From NCBI GenBank assembly GCA_903898645.1, contig CAIUGE010000102.1, forward strand, positions 1 through 61,032: a stretch of DNA of 61,032 bases. The letters run 5' to 3'. How positions within the stretch are numbered: the stretch's first letter is position 1; every line of letters begins with the position of its first letter. Below, piece by piece: positions 42,507 to 52,038 of this stretch. The stretch comes from Oligoflexia bacterium (GTDB lineage Bacteria; Bdellovibrionota; UBA1018). Under the pieces are notes generated by a model, which worked only from the letters and a program-made list of their open reading frames with translations, made no database searches and had not been told where the DNA came from. The position numbers and the translations under genes were made by a program.

Positions 42507-43487
42507 ATGATTATTTCTCGCACACCCCTTAGGATAAGTATTGGAGGCGGCGGCACCGACCTCCCATCGTACTATGAACGTTTTGGTGGATTCGTCATAT
42601 CGGCAGCCATGGACCGCTACGTCTATGTCGCTATCCATAACGCGTTCCAGCCCGCCTACCTGCTTAAGTACTCTCAACAAGAGCATGTTGACAGTATCGA
42701 CGCAATTGCGCACCCCATTATTCGTGAAGCTCTCAGACTTTTTCAAGTTCAACCAGGCATTGAAATAGTCAGTCTTGCCGATATCCCTGCGGGCACAGGA
42801 CTAGGCTCATCAGGGGCCTTTAACGTAGGGCTTCTCAAAGCCTTGACGACCAAGCTCAGACAGCACGCAACACCAGCATCACTGGCGGAAATAGCCTGCC
42901 GTATCGAGATTGACATCCTTCATGAACCTATTGGCAAGCAAGATCAGTATATTGCAGCTTTTGGCGGCATGAGCTGTATGGAATTTCATCCAGATGGCCG
43001 AGTCGATGTCTCACCGTTAGCTATTGAACAAGGTGCATTAGACGATCTCGAAGAACATTTGATGCTTTTTTTCACAGGTTACTCAAGAAGTGCAAGCGCG
43101 GTACTGCAGGACCAAAAAACAAAAAGTGAGCATAATGACACAAAAATGATCGACAATCTGCATGCAATGAAGGATATCGGGTACCGCACCAAGGAAGCAC
43201 TTGAAAAAGGCAATACCCATGCATTTGGCGAACTGATGCATGAGCACTGGCTCATCAAAAGAGCCCGTTCTGAAAGTATCTCAAACCCAATCATGGATAG
43301 ATGGTACGAACGAGCATGTGCAAGTGGCGCCATTGGTGGCAAACTGATAGGGGCAGGTGGCGGAGGATTCTTTATGTTCTACACAACGGATAAGGTGTCA
43401 TTGCGCCAGGCAATGCGCGAAGAAGGACTGATGGAAGTACGTTTTGGATTTGACCATGCTGGATCGACAATCCTTGTCGCCAACTAG
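42507..43487 (+). CDS. hddA: D-glycero-alpha-D-manno-heptose 7-phosphate kinase (GHMP family)
   Basis: 326-aa ORF with RTPLRISIGGGGTDLPSYY, the GHMP motif PAGTGLGSSGAF, and KLIGAGGGGFFMF. Confidence 0.8.
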   Translation: MIISRTPLRISIGGGGTDLPSYYERFGGFVISAAMDRYVYVAIHNAFQPAYLLKYSQQEHVDSIDAIAHPIIREALRLFQVQPGIEIVSLADIPAGTGLGSSGAFNVGLLKALTTKLRQHATPASLAEIACRIEIDILHEPIGKQDQYIAAFGGMSCMEFHPDGRVDVSPLAIEQGALDDLEEHLMLFFTGYSRSASAVLQDQKTKSEHNDTKMIDNLHAMKDIGYRTKEALEKGNTHAFGELMHEHWLIKRARSESISNPIMDRWYERACASGAIGGKLIGAGGGGFFMFYTTDKVSLRQAMREEGLMEVRFGFDHAGSTILVAN

Positions 43488-44169
43488 GTGGTGCGTTGTT
43501 TTAGCCGGTGGTCTTGCAACGCGCATGAGACCCCTTACTGAACATATACCTAAGTCACTTCTGGAAGTTTCAGGAAAGCCCTTTATTGACTACCAGCTCA
43601 AATGGCTCTCTCAGCACTTTACTGACATCTGTCTTTGCATTGGCCATTTAGGTGCTGCCATTAGACAGCACGTCGGATCAAGTGCCTATGGTATGCGCAT
43701 CTGCTACAGTGACGAAGGAAATGAACGGCTCGGGACAGCAGGAGCCATTCGCCATGCAGCAAATCTTCTGCCCGAGCATTTTTATGTGACCTATGGGGAC
43801 TCCTATCTCACAGCATGTGAGCTTGAACCGTTTTTCAAAGCACAAGATGCCTTCCGTATGCTTATTTACCGAAACAATGGGGCATGGGACGCAAGCAACA
43901 TCCATCTGATGACACCACCTTATGTCCTTTACAAAAAAGCACCGGATGCCACTCATATTGATTATGGGCTCCTTGCTTTCGAAAAAGAGGCATTTCTAAC
44001 AGAGAGCGTTACGATTTCCCATCTCGCAGACCTGCTCACCAAGGTCAGTCATAAGCATCAGCTTGCAGGTTTTGAAGTTTTTGATCGATTTTATGAAATT
44101 GGTTCGAAGGAAGGCTTGCAAGGCCTGGAAGAATATATGATACCTAACTCTAGGAGAAGTAAAAAATGA
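43456..44169 (+). CDS. hddC: D-glycero-alpha-D-manno-heptose 1-phosphate guanylyltransferase (nucleotidyltransferase)
   Basis: The ORF begins at 43444. Both ATG 43444 and ATG 43456 overlap the hddA end. The N-terminal motif is VVLAGGLATRMRPLTEHIPKSLLEV. Confidence 0.75.
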   Translation: MLDRQSLSPTRWCVVLAGGLATRMRPLTEHIPKSLLEVSGKPFIDYQLKWLSQHFTDICLCIGHLGAAIRQHVGSSAYGMRICYSDEGNERLGTAGAIRHAANLLPEHFYVTYGDSYLTACELEPFFKAQDAFRMLIYRNNGAWDASNIHLMTPPYVLYKKAPDATHIDYGLLAFEKEAFLTESVTISHLADLLTKVSHKHQLAGFEVFDRFYEIGSKEGLQGLEEYMIPNSRRSKK

Positions 44170-44876
44170 ATATAGCACTCTATGCAGATGGTGCAGACAA
44201 AGCTGTCATGGTCCGTCGTTATCAAGACAAGTCCGTTGCCGGGTTCACAACAAACCCGTCGCTTATGGCGAAGGCAAAAATCACGGACTATGCCGCGTTC
44301 GCTAAAAGCATTATTGCTGAAATTCCTGATGCACCTATTTCATTTGAAGTTTTCTCTGATGATTTCGAAAGCATGGAAAAAGAAGCCCGCATCATTGCAA
44401 GCTGGGGCAAGCATGTAAATGTAAAAATCCCTATCACGAATACTCGCGGCGAATCAAGTTTGACGCTTTGCAAAAAGCTCCTGAGTGAGGGCATGAAACT
44501 CAATGTCACGGCCCTGTTTACAGAAGAACAGATCAGCGCTCTCCACAGCATTATGACTGAAAAAGATGATGTTATTGTCTCCATTTTTGCAGGACGCATT
44601 GCTGATACTGGCATTGACCCAATGCCTCTGATGCGAGCAAGCGTTTTACTGTTCAAAGACAAACCCCATGCAAAAATTCTATGGGCAAGCCCACGTGAAG
44701 CGCTCAATATCTACCAGGCAGATGCATGCGGATGCCATATTATTACAGCTACGGATGATCAACTCAGCAAGCTTGCTCTACGTGGTAAGAGTCTCAGTGC
44801 CTTCTCACAAGAAACAGTGCAGATGTTCTATGATGATGCAAAACGTTCCGGTTTCAGACTCTCTGCTGATCTTTGA
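44166..44876 (+). CDS. Transaldolase-family protein (short TalC/FSA-like type)
   Basis: 236-aa ORF with GFTTNPSLM and the Schiff-base lysine context HVNVKIPIT. An ATGA overlap links it to hddC. Confidence 0.8.
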   Translation: MNIALYADGADKAVMVRRYQDKSVAGFTTNPSLMAKAKITDYAAFAKSIIAEIPDAPISFEVFSDDFESMEKEARIIASWGKHVNVKIPITNTRGESSLTLCKKLLSEGMKLNVTALFTEEQISALHSIMTEKDDVIVSIFAGRIADTGIDPMPLMRASVLLFKDKPHAKILWASPREALNIYQADACGCHIITATDDQLSKLALRGKSLSAFSQETVQMFYDDAKRSGFRLSADL

Positions 44877-45420
44877 TCGTGATGGGGTACTCAATGCTAT
44901 GTGCATCCATCAGGAACATGGCACTATTGATAGCCCCCTCAACGAATATGAGGTTTCAATAGTGCCAGGCGTACCGGAGGCTCTCGCCACCTGTACGCGC
45001 TTAGGCTATAAGATTGCTATTGCAACAAATCAACCTGCTGCTGCTAAAGGCAAAACTACAAGAGCGAATCTAGAACGCGTACATGCATGCATTCTCAGCA
45101 GACTGACGTCCTGTGGTGCAAAGATCGCCTCATCTGAGATTTGCTGGCATACACAGGAAGACAGATGCACATGCCGCAAGCCTCAAGCTACAATGCTCCT
45201 GAAGGCGCTTACCATGCATGAAGCTCATCCTGCGCACAGCTGGATGATCGGAGACGGAATCACTGACATGCAAGCTGGATTAGCAGCAGGTGTACGTCTA
45301 GCCTTCCTTGGTCCAAAAAAATGTGATAGCTGTAAAGTCCATGAGCGCCTCGGAATCTGGCCTCATTACTGGGGCAAGGATGTCCCTTCATTTGTTGAAG
45401 CTTTGGAGAAATCTTTATGA
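44830..45420 (+). CDS. gmhB: D,D-heptose 1,7-bisphosphate phosphatase (HAD family)
   Basis: The ORF opens at 44668 inside the transaldolase gene. The plausible starts are the ATG triplet at 44830-44838. HAD motifs are LIFDRDGVLN, ATNQPAAAKG and MIGDGITDMQAG. Confidence 0.75.
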   Translation: MMMQNVPVSDSLLIFDRDGVLNAMCIHQEHGTIDSPLNEYEVSIVPGVPEALATCTRLGYKIAIATNQPAAAKGKTTRANLERVHACILSRLTSCGAKIASSEICWHTQEDRCTCRKPQATMLLKALTMHEAHPAHSWMIGDGITDMQAGLAAGVRLAFLGPKKCDSCKVHERLGIWPHYWGKDVPSFVEALEKSL

Positions 45421-46019
45421 TATTTAGTCAGCAATTTTTATCAGAAACAATGAGCATCCTACAAAAAATTGATACCAAGAGCCTCGAAGCCATGGCCTAT
45501 GGTCTAGGTGCACTCAGGCAACATGGGCGACTCTTTATTCTTGGCGTTGGCGGGTCAGCAGGGCACGCCAGCCATGCTGTGAATGATTTTAGAAAAATAT
45601 GCGGAATTGAGGCCTACGCACCTACTGACAATGTCTCTGAACTCACAGCCCGAGTGAATGATGAGGGCTGGGATACAAGTTTTTCGGAATGGCTCAAAGT
45701 TTCAAAACTCTCTGCAAAAGATGCGCTCTTGATTTTCTCAGTCGGCGGAGGAAACGTTACGCATAACATCTCCATGAATCTCGTCAAATCCATCCAACAC
45801 GCAAAAGAAGTAGGCTCTAGAATCTACGGTATCGTTGGTAAAGATGGTGGCTATACTGCGCAATCAGCTGATGCATGCGTCATTATACCTCCCATGTACG
45901 CTGAACGTTGCACACCTCACACAGAGGGTCTCTGCGCTGTCTTATGGCACCTGCTTGTAAGCCACCCAGCACTGGCAGCACGAATAACGAAATGGGAAAC
46001 CATTTCTTGTGAAATCTAA
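45417..46019 (+). CDS. gmhA: Phosphoheptose (sedoheptulose-7-phosphate) isomerase, SIS domain
   Basis: 200-aa ORF with LFILGVGGSAGHASHAVNDF and LLIFSVGGGN. An ATGA overlap links it to gmhB. Confidence 0.8.
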   Translation: MIFSQQFLSETMSILQKIDTKSLEAMAYGLGALRQHGRLFILGVGGSAGHASHAVNDFRKICGIEAYAPTDNVSELTARVNDEGWDTSFSEWLKVSKLSAKDALLIFSVGGGNVTHNISMNLVKSIQHAKEVGSRIYGIVGKDGGYTAQSADACVIIPPMYAERCTPHTEGLCAVLWHLLVSHPALAARITKWETISCEI

Positions 46020-46041
46020 AATATCCGGATAGATTTTTATC

Positions 46042-46815
46042 ATGCACCTTATTATTACCTCGCTCCTCCAAGCATTTGGAGCTAGCGTTATGAGTGACTA
46101 CCCTATCTTAAAACCAGGTCGCTTCCTCAATCATCCACAAGTAGTGACACTTCGCTCTATCAAACGCGCATCAATACTTAAAATTGCCTACATCCCCCCA
46201 TATGAGAAAAAAAAAGGCTTTGTTGCAGTCTTCCATCCAGAATCTGATAGAGCAAGCGTCAATTATCTCACTGATGACATGGAAACGATGCGCGCTGAGT
46301 TCCTTCCAATAGATACAGTCACTGCAATGATTCGAGACACTCCTGACACCAAAATATTTACAAGAAGCTGCGTTGTTGATTCTTTTTTAGAACCAAATGC
46401 TTTTGATAAAGCGGCCGAGAAACTGAACCGCCCCCTCCACCATTACCCTGATAGCAAAACAGGCTATAATGTCGCTTTAGGCACCTGGGTTACTCTTCAG
46501 CATGACCCAAATAGCCCTTTCGATAGTCTTAAGGTTACGGGAACCACTGAAAGTCGGATTATTGTTCTTTATGACAAAACAAAAATGATCGCCTCTATGG
46601 CCCATATTGATACAAAAACTGACATCATCAACACAATCAAATCCATGCGAAAAACCATGAAAGAAAAAAATGCCTATAGCTGCCAAATTTATCTTGCAGG
46701 CAATATCACGGATGAGGACCTCAATCGCTTCAGAGATAATCCCATAGTGTACGATACACCCTACCTTTCGATCAATCTGGCTCTGGGCAGATTCTCTACT
46801 TTTTATCCTCATTAA
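46042..46815 (+). CDS. Hypothetical secreted protein with a CheD-like C-terminal domain (Cys replaced by Ser), paralog 1
   Basis: 257-aa ORF lying 22 nt after gmhA. TGTTESRIIVLYDKTKMIASMAHID...QIYLAGNITD aligns to the CheD blocks LGSCV...AH...GG, with the same 17-residue spacing between nucleophile and His. Confidence 0.45.
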   Translation: MHLIITSLLQAFGASVMSDYPILKPGRFLNHPQVVTLRSIKRASILKIAYIPPYEKKKGFVAVFHPESDRASVNYLTDDMETMRAEFLPIDTVTAMIRDTPDTKIFTRSCVVDSFLEPNAFDKAAEKLNRPLHHYPDSKTGYNVALGTWVTLQHDPNSPFDSLKVTGTTESRIIVLYDKTKMIASMAHIDTKTDIINTIKSMRKTMKEKNAYSCQIYLAGNITDEDLNRFRDNPIVYDTPYLSINLALGRFSTFYPH

Positions 46816-46831
46816 AAAAGGCAACTATATT

Positions 46832-47623
46832 ATGTACCTTATTGTCATCTTCGTCTTCCAGGCATGTGGGGCGCCTCACGTTTTAACTGAATTTCCTTTT
46901 CTCAAACTCGGACGCCATCTTGAATCGCGCCAAAACTGGATCTTGCAATCAGCAAAAAATCCATCGACCGTCTTTATTAGCTATATCCCACCCCGCAAAG
47001 AGAGACCTGGCTTCGTGACGCTGTCTAGGTCCAGCACTGACACAGCATCGATCGTCTACCTGAATGATGATATGGAACTTGGTGATATCCAGCCCCTACC
47101 ATCACACGAGATTGAAGCAATACTAAGCACCACCGGCGACATGCACGTACTCCAAATGACCCTTGCTATCAAATCGTTTGATGAGCCAGACATCCTAAGC
47201 AAAATTGCAGAACAGCTCAACAGACCTCTCCTCCATCACCCTGATAGCCAAAAAAGCCACCAAATCCCCCCTGGATCATGGTCTACCTTTGCGTATGATC
47301 CAGACACTGGGATTGACAGCATAAAAGTCGTCGGCACTACTGAGAGCCGCATTATCGCTCTTTATAACACAGCAAAAAAGATTGCTTCCATGGGACATGC
47401 CGACACCAAAACGAATCTGCTTGCGATGCTTAAGGATATGCGAAAATCCATGAGACTCAAGGGCGCACCCAGCCGCCAGCTCTATCTGGCAGGCAATATA
47501 ACTGACGCTGACCTTAAGAGCTTCAAACGATTACCGGTTGTCTATGATACACCCTATCTATCGATAGATCTGCTCACAGGAGCACTTTCTACTTTTTACC
47601 CAGAATATACACTAAGGGACTGA
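46832..47623 (+). CDS. Hypothetical secreted protein or lipoprotein with a CheD-like C-terminal domain, paralog 2
   Basis: 263-aa ORF, collinear with paralog 1 (VGTTESRIIALYNTAKKIASMGHAD...QLYLAGNITD). A possible lipobox is VFQAC. Confidence 0.45.
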   Translation: MYLIVIFVFQACGAPHVLTEFPFLKLGRHLESRQNWILQSAKNPSTVFISYIPPRKERPGFVTLSRSSTDTASIVYLNDDMELGDIQPLPSHEIEAILSTTGDMHVLQMTLAIKSFDEPDILSKIAEQLNRPLLHHPDSQKSHQIPPGSWSTFAYDPDTGIDSIKVVGTTESRIIALYNTAKKIASMGHADTKTNLLAMLKDMRKSMRLKGAPSRQLYLAGNITDADLKSFKRLPVVYDTPYLSIDLLTGALSTFYPEYTLRD

Positions 47624-48622
47624 GTAGTACTGATTTGCACCAGTGTATGTGAACGTTGTGACAACACCGTTCACTGAAATAAGAACGAGCCCGTTACCAG
47701 CAATACCACTACTAGAATTACCACTTACAGCAATGCCTCCTGTTCCAGCTGGAGAAATATACCCACTCAGACCATCATTAGGCGCTACGCTACTACTGAT
47801 ACTGCCATTTATGTAAGAGCCAGAACCATAGGCTGGATTCCAATACGAAAGACCCCCAGCCCCTGATCCTGAAGACCCAGAATAGTTCGCTGCAGACCCC
47901 CCTCCTCCGTAATACCCACCCCCACCCCCTCCACCTGGCCAACCAATGAAGGCACTCGCCCCACCCCCTCCATATGCAGTATTTGTAGGCAACCCTGCAT
48001 AATTCCCTGCTGCTCCACCCTGCAGAGCGCTCCCGGCGCCTCCATTTGAGGTAGCATTATAGGTAGACGTGCCGCCTGCTCCTCCAGCACTTGCGGTAGG
48101 CGCTAAGCCAGGATTAGGGCCTACACCAGAAACTGCAGGATTCCCCCCAGGCCCACCTGCATAGCCTGCCCCACCAGCAGACTTGGCTTGAGCGCCACCA
48201 CCTCCACCAGCTATAGCTAGTGCCGTTGCTTGCGCCACACCCCCTAAAAAAATGCCAGAATATCCACCACCAGAAGCACCAACATCACCGTAATCCCAGA
48301 CACCACCTTTTCCAACGACAATGACAAGAGCTGATCCAGTAGGGAGTGTTGCCGTAAAACTTGTAAAACCACCTGGACCTCCAACAGTTGATGTGTAATA
48401 AGCCTCTCCTCCACCACCTGCACCCCATACAAAGATACTCACAGTTCTACTTAAACTCGCTGCAAGAGTACTGTATGCAGTAACTAAAGCATTGAAATTG
48501 GCATTCATTTGTGATGCCGAGATAGGACTCCCAGCTGAGAAGGTATAAGGGAGCGTCAGACTTGCAAATGAAGACTGAAGACAAAAAATCCCTAACCAAA
48601 ATCCATTAAACTGTTTTTTCAT
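47612..48622 (-). CDS. Secreted glycine-rich-domain protein (phage-tail-fibre-like N-terminus)
   Basis: 336-aa ORF with a signal peptide, then LPYTFSAGSPISASQMNANFNAL, then VSIFVWGAGGGG...GGPGGFTSFTATLPTGSALVIVVGKGG...GGGYSGIF and long Gly tracts. It ends with FTYTGANQYYSVP. Confidence 0.6.
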   Translation of the reverse strand: MKKQFNGFWLGIFCLQSSFASLTLPYTFSAGSPISASQMNANFNALVTAYSTLAASLSRTVSIFVWGAGGGGEAYYTSTVGGPGGFTSFTATLPTGSALVIVVGKGGVWDYGDVGASGGGYSGIFLGGVAQATALAIAGGGGGAQAKSAGGAGYAGGPGGNPAVSGVGPNPGLAPTASAGGAGGTSTYNATSNGGAGSALQGGAAGNYAGLPTNTAYGGGGASAFIGWPGGGGGGGYYGGGGSAANYSGSSGSGAGGLSYWNPAYGSGSYINGSISSSVAPNDGLSGYISPAGTGGIAVSGNSSSGIAGNGLVLISVNGVVTTFTYTGANQYYSVP

Positions 48623-48677
48623 ACCACCACCCCAAAGATGAAGGTATCAAAACAAAAACTGAAGAGCAATACGACGA

Positions 48678-49376
48678 CTACTTAGATTGCGCAATGATTT
48701 CAGCTCGAGCAGCGGCCTCTTCTGCAGCCTGAGCTGCAATCCCAGCAAGCCTAGCCACCAAAAATTCAGCACACCTAGCAGAACAAACAGCAGCAGCATC
48801 TCGAGCCTTACAAGAACGCCGACGAGCAACAGCAATGGCATGCTCACCATCAACTACAGCTCGAAACGCATAAACACCTGGAAAGATACATTCAGCTACT
48901 CTCACCTTCTCAGACATTTCTTCAATCGTTTCAGCTGACTGAACCTTACCCTCTCTACGAAGGCGATCAACAAGAGAATTGGCGGCATCTAAGTTACTAC
49001 GCAAAGCATCTTCACGCACAAGAGACACTATAGAAAAAAGCACTTTCCCAATCACTTTAAGTTTAGCATACACAGGGTCATCCTGATAAATTATTCCTGG
49101 CGCATAAAAAGCCAAAGCTGCATGATGTATCGCACTAGAGACATTTTTATTTATTCGAGCGTCATCAGGGGCTTCTTTTCGTCTATCTATCTCAGCTTGT
49201 TCCACAGCCATAGCAAGCTCATCAATACGTTTAGAAATACACTCAATATCACTAGGCAAATAACCCAGCCTATCAACATCACTTTGCGCTTCCATTGCGA
49301 AAGATTGATTCACAAAGACTCCAGAAATCAGGAGTAAAAATCCCAGACCAAACATTCTCCTCATAAAAATACCCAT
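48678..49376 (-). CDS. Hypothetical secreted helical protein
   Basis: 232-aa ORF with signal peptide MRRMFGLGFLLLISGVFVNQSFA. No motif was recognised. Confidence 0.45.
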   Translation of the reverse strand: MGIFMRRMFGLGFLLLISGVFVNQSFAMEAQSDVDRLGYLPSDIECISKRIDELAMAVEQAEIDRRKEAPDDARINKNVSSAIHHAALAFYAPGIIYQDDPVYAKLKVIGKVLFSIVSLVREDALRSNLDAANSLVDRLRREGKVQSAETIEEMSEKVRVAECIFPGVYAFRAVVDGEHAIAVARRRSCKARDAAAVCSARCAEFLVARLAGIAAQAAEEAAARAEIIAQSK

Positions 49377-49440
49377 TCTTTAGTTATAAGTGACGAATGA
49401 CGCTTTATACCTCTACCCTAAAGAAAAAGCAATAGATTTT

Positions 49441-50589
49441 TTATGGCACATCTTCCAAGAAGTAGCGATCAACAAGACGAAAGGTGCGCCCCTGGATAGT
49501 AAAGGTCCGAGAAAAAAAGCCACGTACACAAAAATAGACCTGCATGATGTCCCAAAAAGGAATAAGCCAAAAGTAACGACCCCATACGCCAAGACCACCA
49601 ATAGAGTACTCAACAATACCCGATACAACAATACGCACCAGACATGCACAGAGAAAAAACGGCAAAAATGCATGCCCCAAAATACACAAACCAATAAAAC
49701 TAAGACAAATAGGATAGAGCAAAAACCCAAAAAGATAGAGCACATTGCTAGGAGACCCAATCTTTTGGGCCAAGAGCCAGCGAACCTTCTGACTCCAGAC
49801 CTGCTTGAGTGTTTTATAAGAGAACTCAACAGGACAATCAAAGTACCGGAAGACAACCCGTTTTTTATTGCACCAGAAAATATAGGGCAACGCCTGATCA
49901 TCAGCTAAAAATCGATTTAAAATATCCCAAGCCTTTTGTCCAAAACTATCGAATTCTGCTTTCCAAAAACCCATCGAATGCCCAAAACCAATACGCTTAT
50001 ACGGTGTAATGCTATCAAAAAAAGCCACAAGAGTTGCAATATCAGCATTATTAGCAAGAGACTTCCATGCACCAGCCATGCCTGTGACACGAATATCCAT
50101 CTGCGGGGTCGTTACAACAGAAATACCAGGTTCCTGTAGCGCTCCAACCATCTGTGAAACATACGCTCTCTGCATCACAACATCAGAATCAGACCAAATA
50201 ACAATATCTGCCTCGATGGCGTGGTGCGCATCATACAGGGCATCCACTTTTTTCCAAAACCCTCGTCTTGTTTCAGACACAAGCAAGCGACCCACACCCT
50301 CTGGGTAACGCGCTAGGTAAGACTGAATAATAGGCACAATAGGATCGCAAAGAGACGAGACTGCAAAATGCACAGTCAGCTCTCCAGGATAGTCCTGATG
50401 GAAGCAACTATCAAAATTTTCTTCTTCATTATCGATTGCCTGGTAGCAAACTTTAATCAAATTAACCCGTGGGTATGGGGACTGAGGCTGCCGATGCCGC
50501 CGTGACCTAAAAAAAAGAAACAGGACAAGACCCGCGCCTTGAATAAAAAGGCCTACACACCAAAGCCCAACAAAAAAGAACTTAAGCAT
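49441..50589 (-). CDS. Membrane GT2-family glycosyltransferase with QxxRW motif (ceramide-glucosyltransferase/GT21-like)
   Basis: 382-aa ORF with an N-terminal TM segment, WSDSDVVM (the DxD region), QKVRW, and C-terminal TM helices. Confidence 0.7.
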   Translation of the reverse strand: MLKFFFVGLWCVGLFIQGAGLVLFLFFRSRRHRQPQSPYPRVNLIKVCYQAIDNEEENFDSCFHQDYPGELTVHFAVSSLCDPIVPIIQSYLARYPEGVGRLLVSETRRGFWKKVDALYDAHHAIEADIVIWSDSDVVMQRAYVSQMVGALQEPGISVVTTPQMDIRVTGMAGAWKSLANNADIATLVAFFDSITPYKRIGFGHSMGFWKAEFDSFGQKAWDILNRFLADDQALPYIFWCNKKRVVFRYFDCPVEFSYKTLKQVWSQKVRWLLAQKIGSPSNVLYLFGFLLYPICLSFIGLCILGHAFLPFFLCACLVRIVVSGIVEYSIGGLGVWGRYFWLIPFWDIMQVYFCVRGFFSRTFTIQGRTFRLVDRYFLEDVP

Positions 50590-50935
50590 GCGCCTCTCGC
50601 CGAGAAAATAGCTTGCGGGTCACATGCATCAGATCCTGAAGATGCGCTGCAATATGCCGAATACGCTCCACACTTATGAATGGTTCCTGTAATGCGGGCA
50701 AAATTTCCCTACGTACATTTCCAAGAGCAAAACAGAGTGCCAACACGCGACTATCGCCTTCCCGCTGACCACTTTCGAGATAGCCCAAAAGCAAACCTTC
50801 TGCCCGAATCAGATCACAAGCATCACGAAGAACATGATATCTCTCCTCCTGAACCACTGATTCATAGACATCCTGACAGACAGAATCATTATTATACGCA
50901 GCCATTCCATGGAAAGCAAAAAACAAAAACACCAT
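50582..50935 (-). CDS. Small secreted helical protein, paralog family member 1
   Basis: 117-aa ORF with leader MVFLFFAFHGMAA. Its stop overlaps the glycosyltransferase start by 8 nt. It shares blocks with the two upstream genes (VRREILPALQ, VERIRHIAAHL). Confidence 0.5.
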   Translation of the reverse strand: MVFLFFAFHGMAAYNNDSVCQDVYESVVQEERYHVLRDACDLIRAEGLLLGYLESGQREGDSRVLALCFALGNVRREILPALQEPFISVERIRHIAAHLQDLMHVTRKLFSRREAHA

Positions 50936-51116
50936 GCAACAACCCTACCAAAGCATTGAGCCTATTGCAACGCGCGAAGCCTCTCAAAATTCATTATTGA
51001 TTCAAGGATGAAGCGTGATGAGGTTGAAAAAAATTAGCTCTTTGGCATGCAATAAGCGAGCTATCATTGAATACGAGAACCAAGCTCTCTCCATAAACAC
51101 ATCTTTTTAGACGCTC

Positions 51117-51482
51117 TTATTGCAGCCGCTCCCCCAGTAGCTGCACCAGATCATTCACTTGAACCCTCAAGTCTTCCATAAAGACTCGAGCCTCACGCAA
51201 CTGCTCTATACTCAGACTTAAGGGGTCCAACTCAGGCACCAACTCCTCACGAACAAACCTAAGAGAATCCATCAGCTCTGCATCGGGTTCATACCTCAAT
51301 CGACGGGAGCTGAGCAGAATCCACAGCTCAGCTCTCATAAAAACATGAGCAAGATCAAGCAAAGCATTCTGATAAGAACCCACGTCACCTACTTGAGATA
51401 CAGCACTACTCGAACTCTCAGACGCACTACCATACGAATCCATAGCCATTAATTGAAGAGAAAAAAACAAAAAACACATCAC
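51117..51482 (-). CDS. Small secreted helical protein, paralog family member 2
   Basis: 121-aa ORF with leader MMCFLFFSLQLMA and the blocks RYEPDAELMDSLRFVREELVPELD and IEQLREARVFM. Confidence 0.5.
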   Translation of the reverse strand: MMCFLFFSLQLMAMDSYGSASESSSSAVSQVGDVGSYQNALLDLAHVFMRAELWILLSSRRLRYEPDAELMDSLRFVREELVPELDPLSLSIEQLREARVFMEDLRVQVNDLVQLLGERLQ

Positions 51483-51511
51483 AAGATTGTATCTTACTCT
51501 GTATTAAATAG

Positions 51512-51874
51512 CTACATATCTTCCAATACATGCGTCCGACCTAACTGCTCCACAATATACTCTGCCCAAGCAGAACAAAAATTTATAAACCGAGCGATCT
51601 GCCGAACTCTCTCAGCACCTGTCACTGGATTCTCTAGCTCAAGAAGCAACGTGTCACGCATAAAGTCCAGAGCATGCACTAAGTCTGGATCGTATTCACA
51701 TCTCAAGTGATGACAGAGAACTTGCATGAGACTAGAAGTCCTCACAAGAATATGCACCTGCTGGCGAGCAGTATGACGAAGATGGTCAAGCGTATAACTT
51801 CTCATCACGACAGTGTCACTAGACTGCAAAGACCCTACAGCCATCACTTCAAAAGCAAAAAATAAAAAAAGCAC
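51512..51874 (-). CDS. Small secreted helical protein, paralog family member 3
   Basis: 120-aa ORF with leader MLFLFFAFEVMAV and the blocks RCEYDPDLVHALDFMRDTLLLELE and AERVRQIARFI. Confidence 0.5.
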   Translation of the reverse strand: MLFLFFAFEVMAVGSLQSSDTVVMRSYTLDHLRHTARQQVHILVRTSSLMQVLCHHLRCEYDPDLVHALDFMRDTLLLELENPVTGAERVRQIARFINFCSAWAEYIVEQLGRTHVLEDM

Positions 51875-52038
51875 TTAACACCCCGCCGCGAATTGTAGCA
51901 CACCAGCATCAACCTAGCACCAACGATTTTGTCATCAAGGAAGGAGACATACAAGCATCAACTCACGCACAAAATAACTAAGGGACCAAAGCTCAAACTC
52001 GAGAACCTCTTCAAGCTAGAAAAAAATGGACGAAAAAC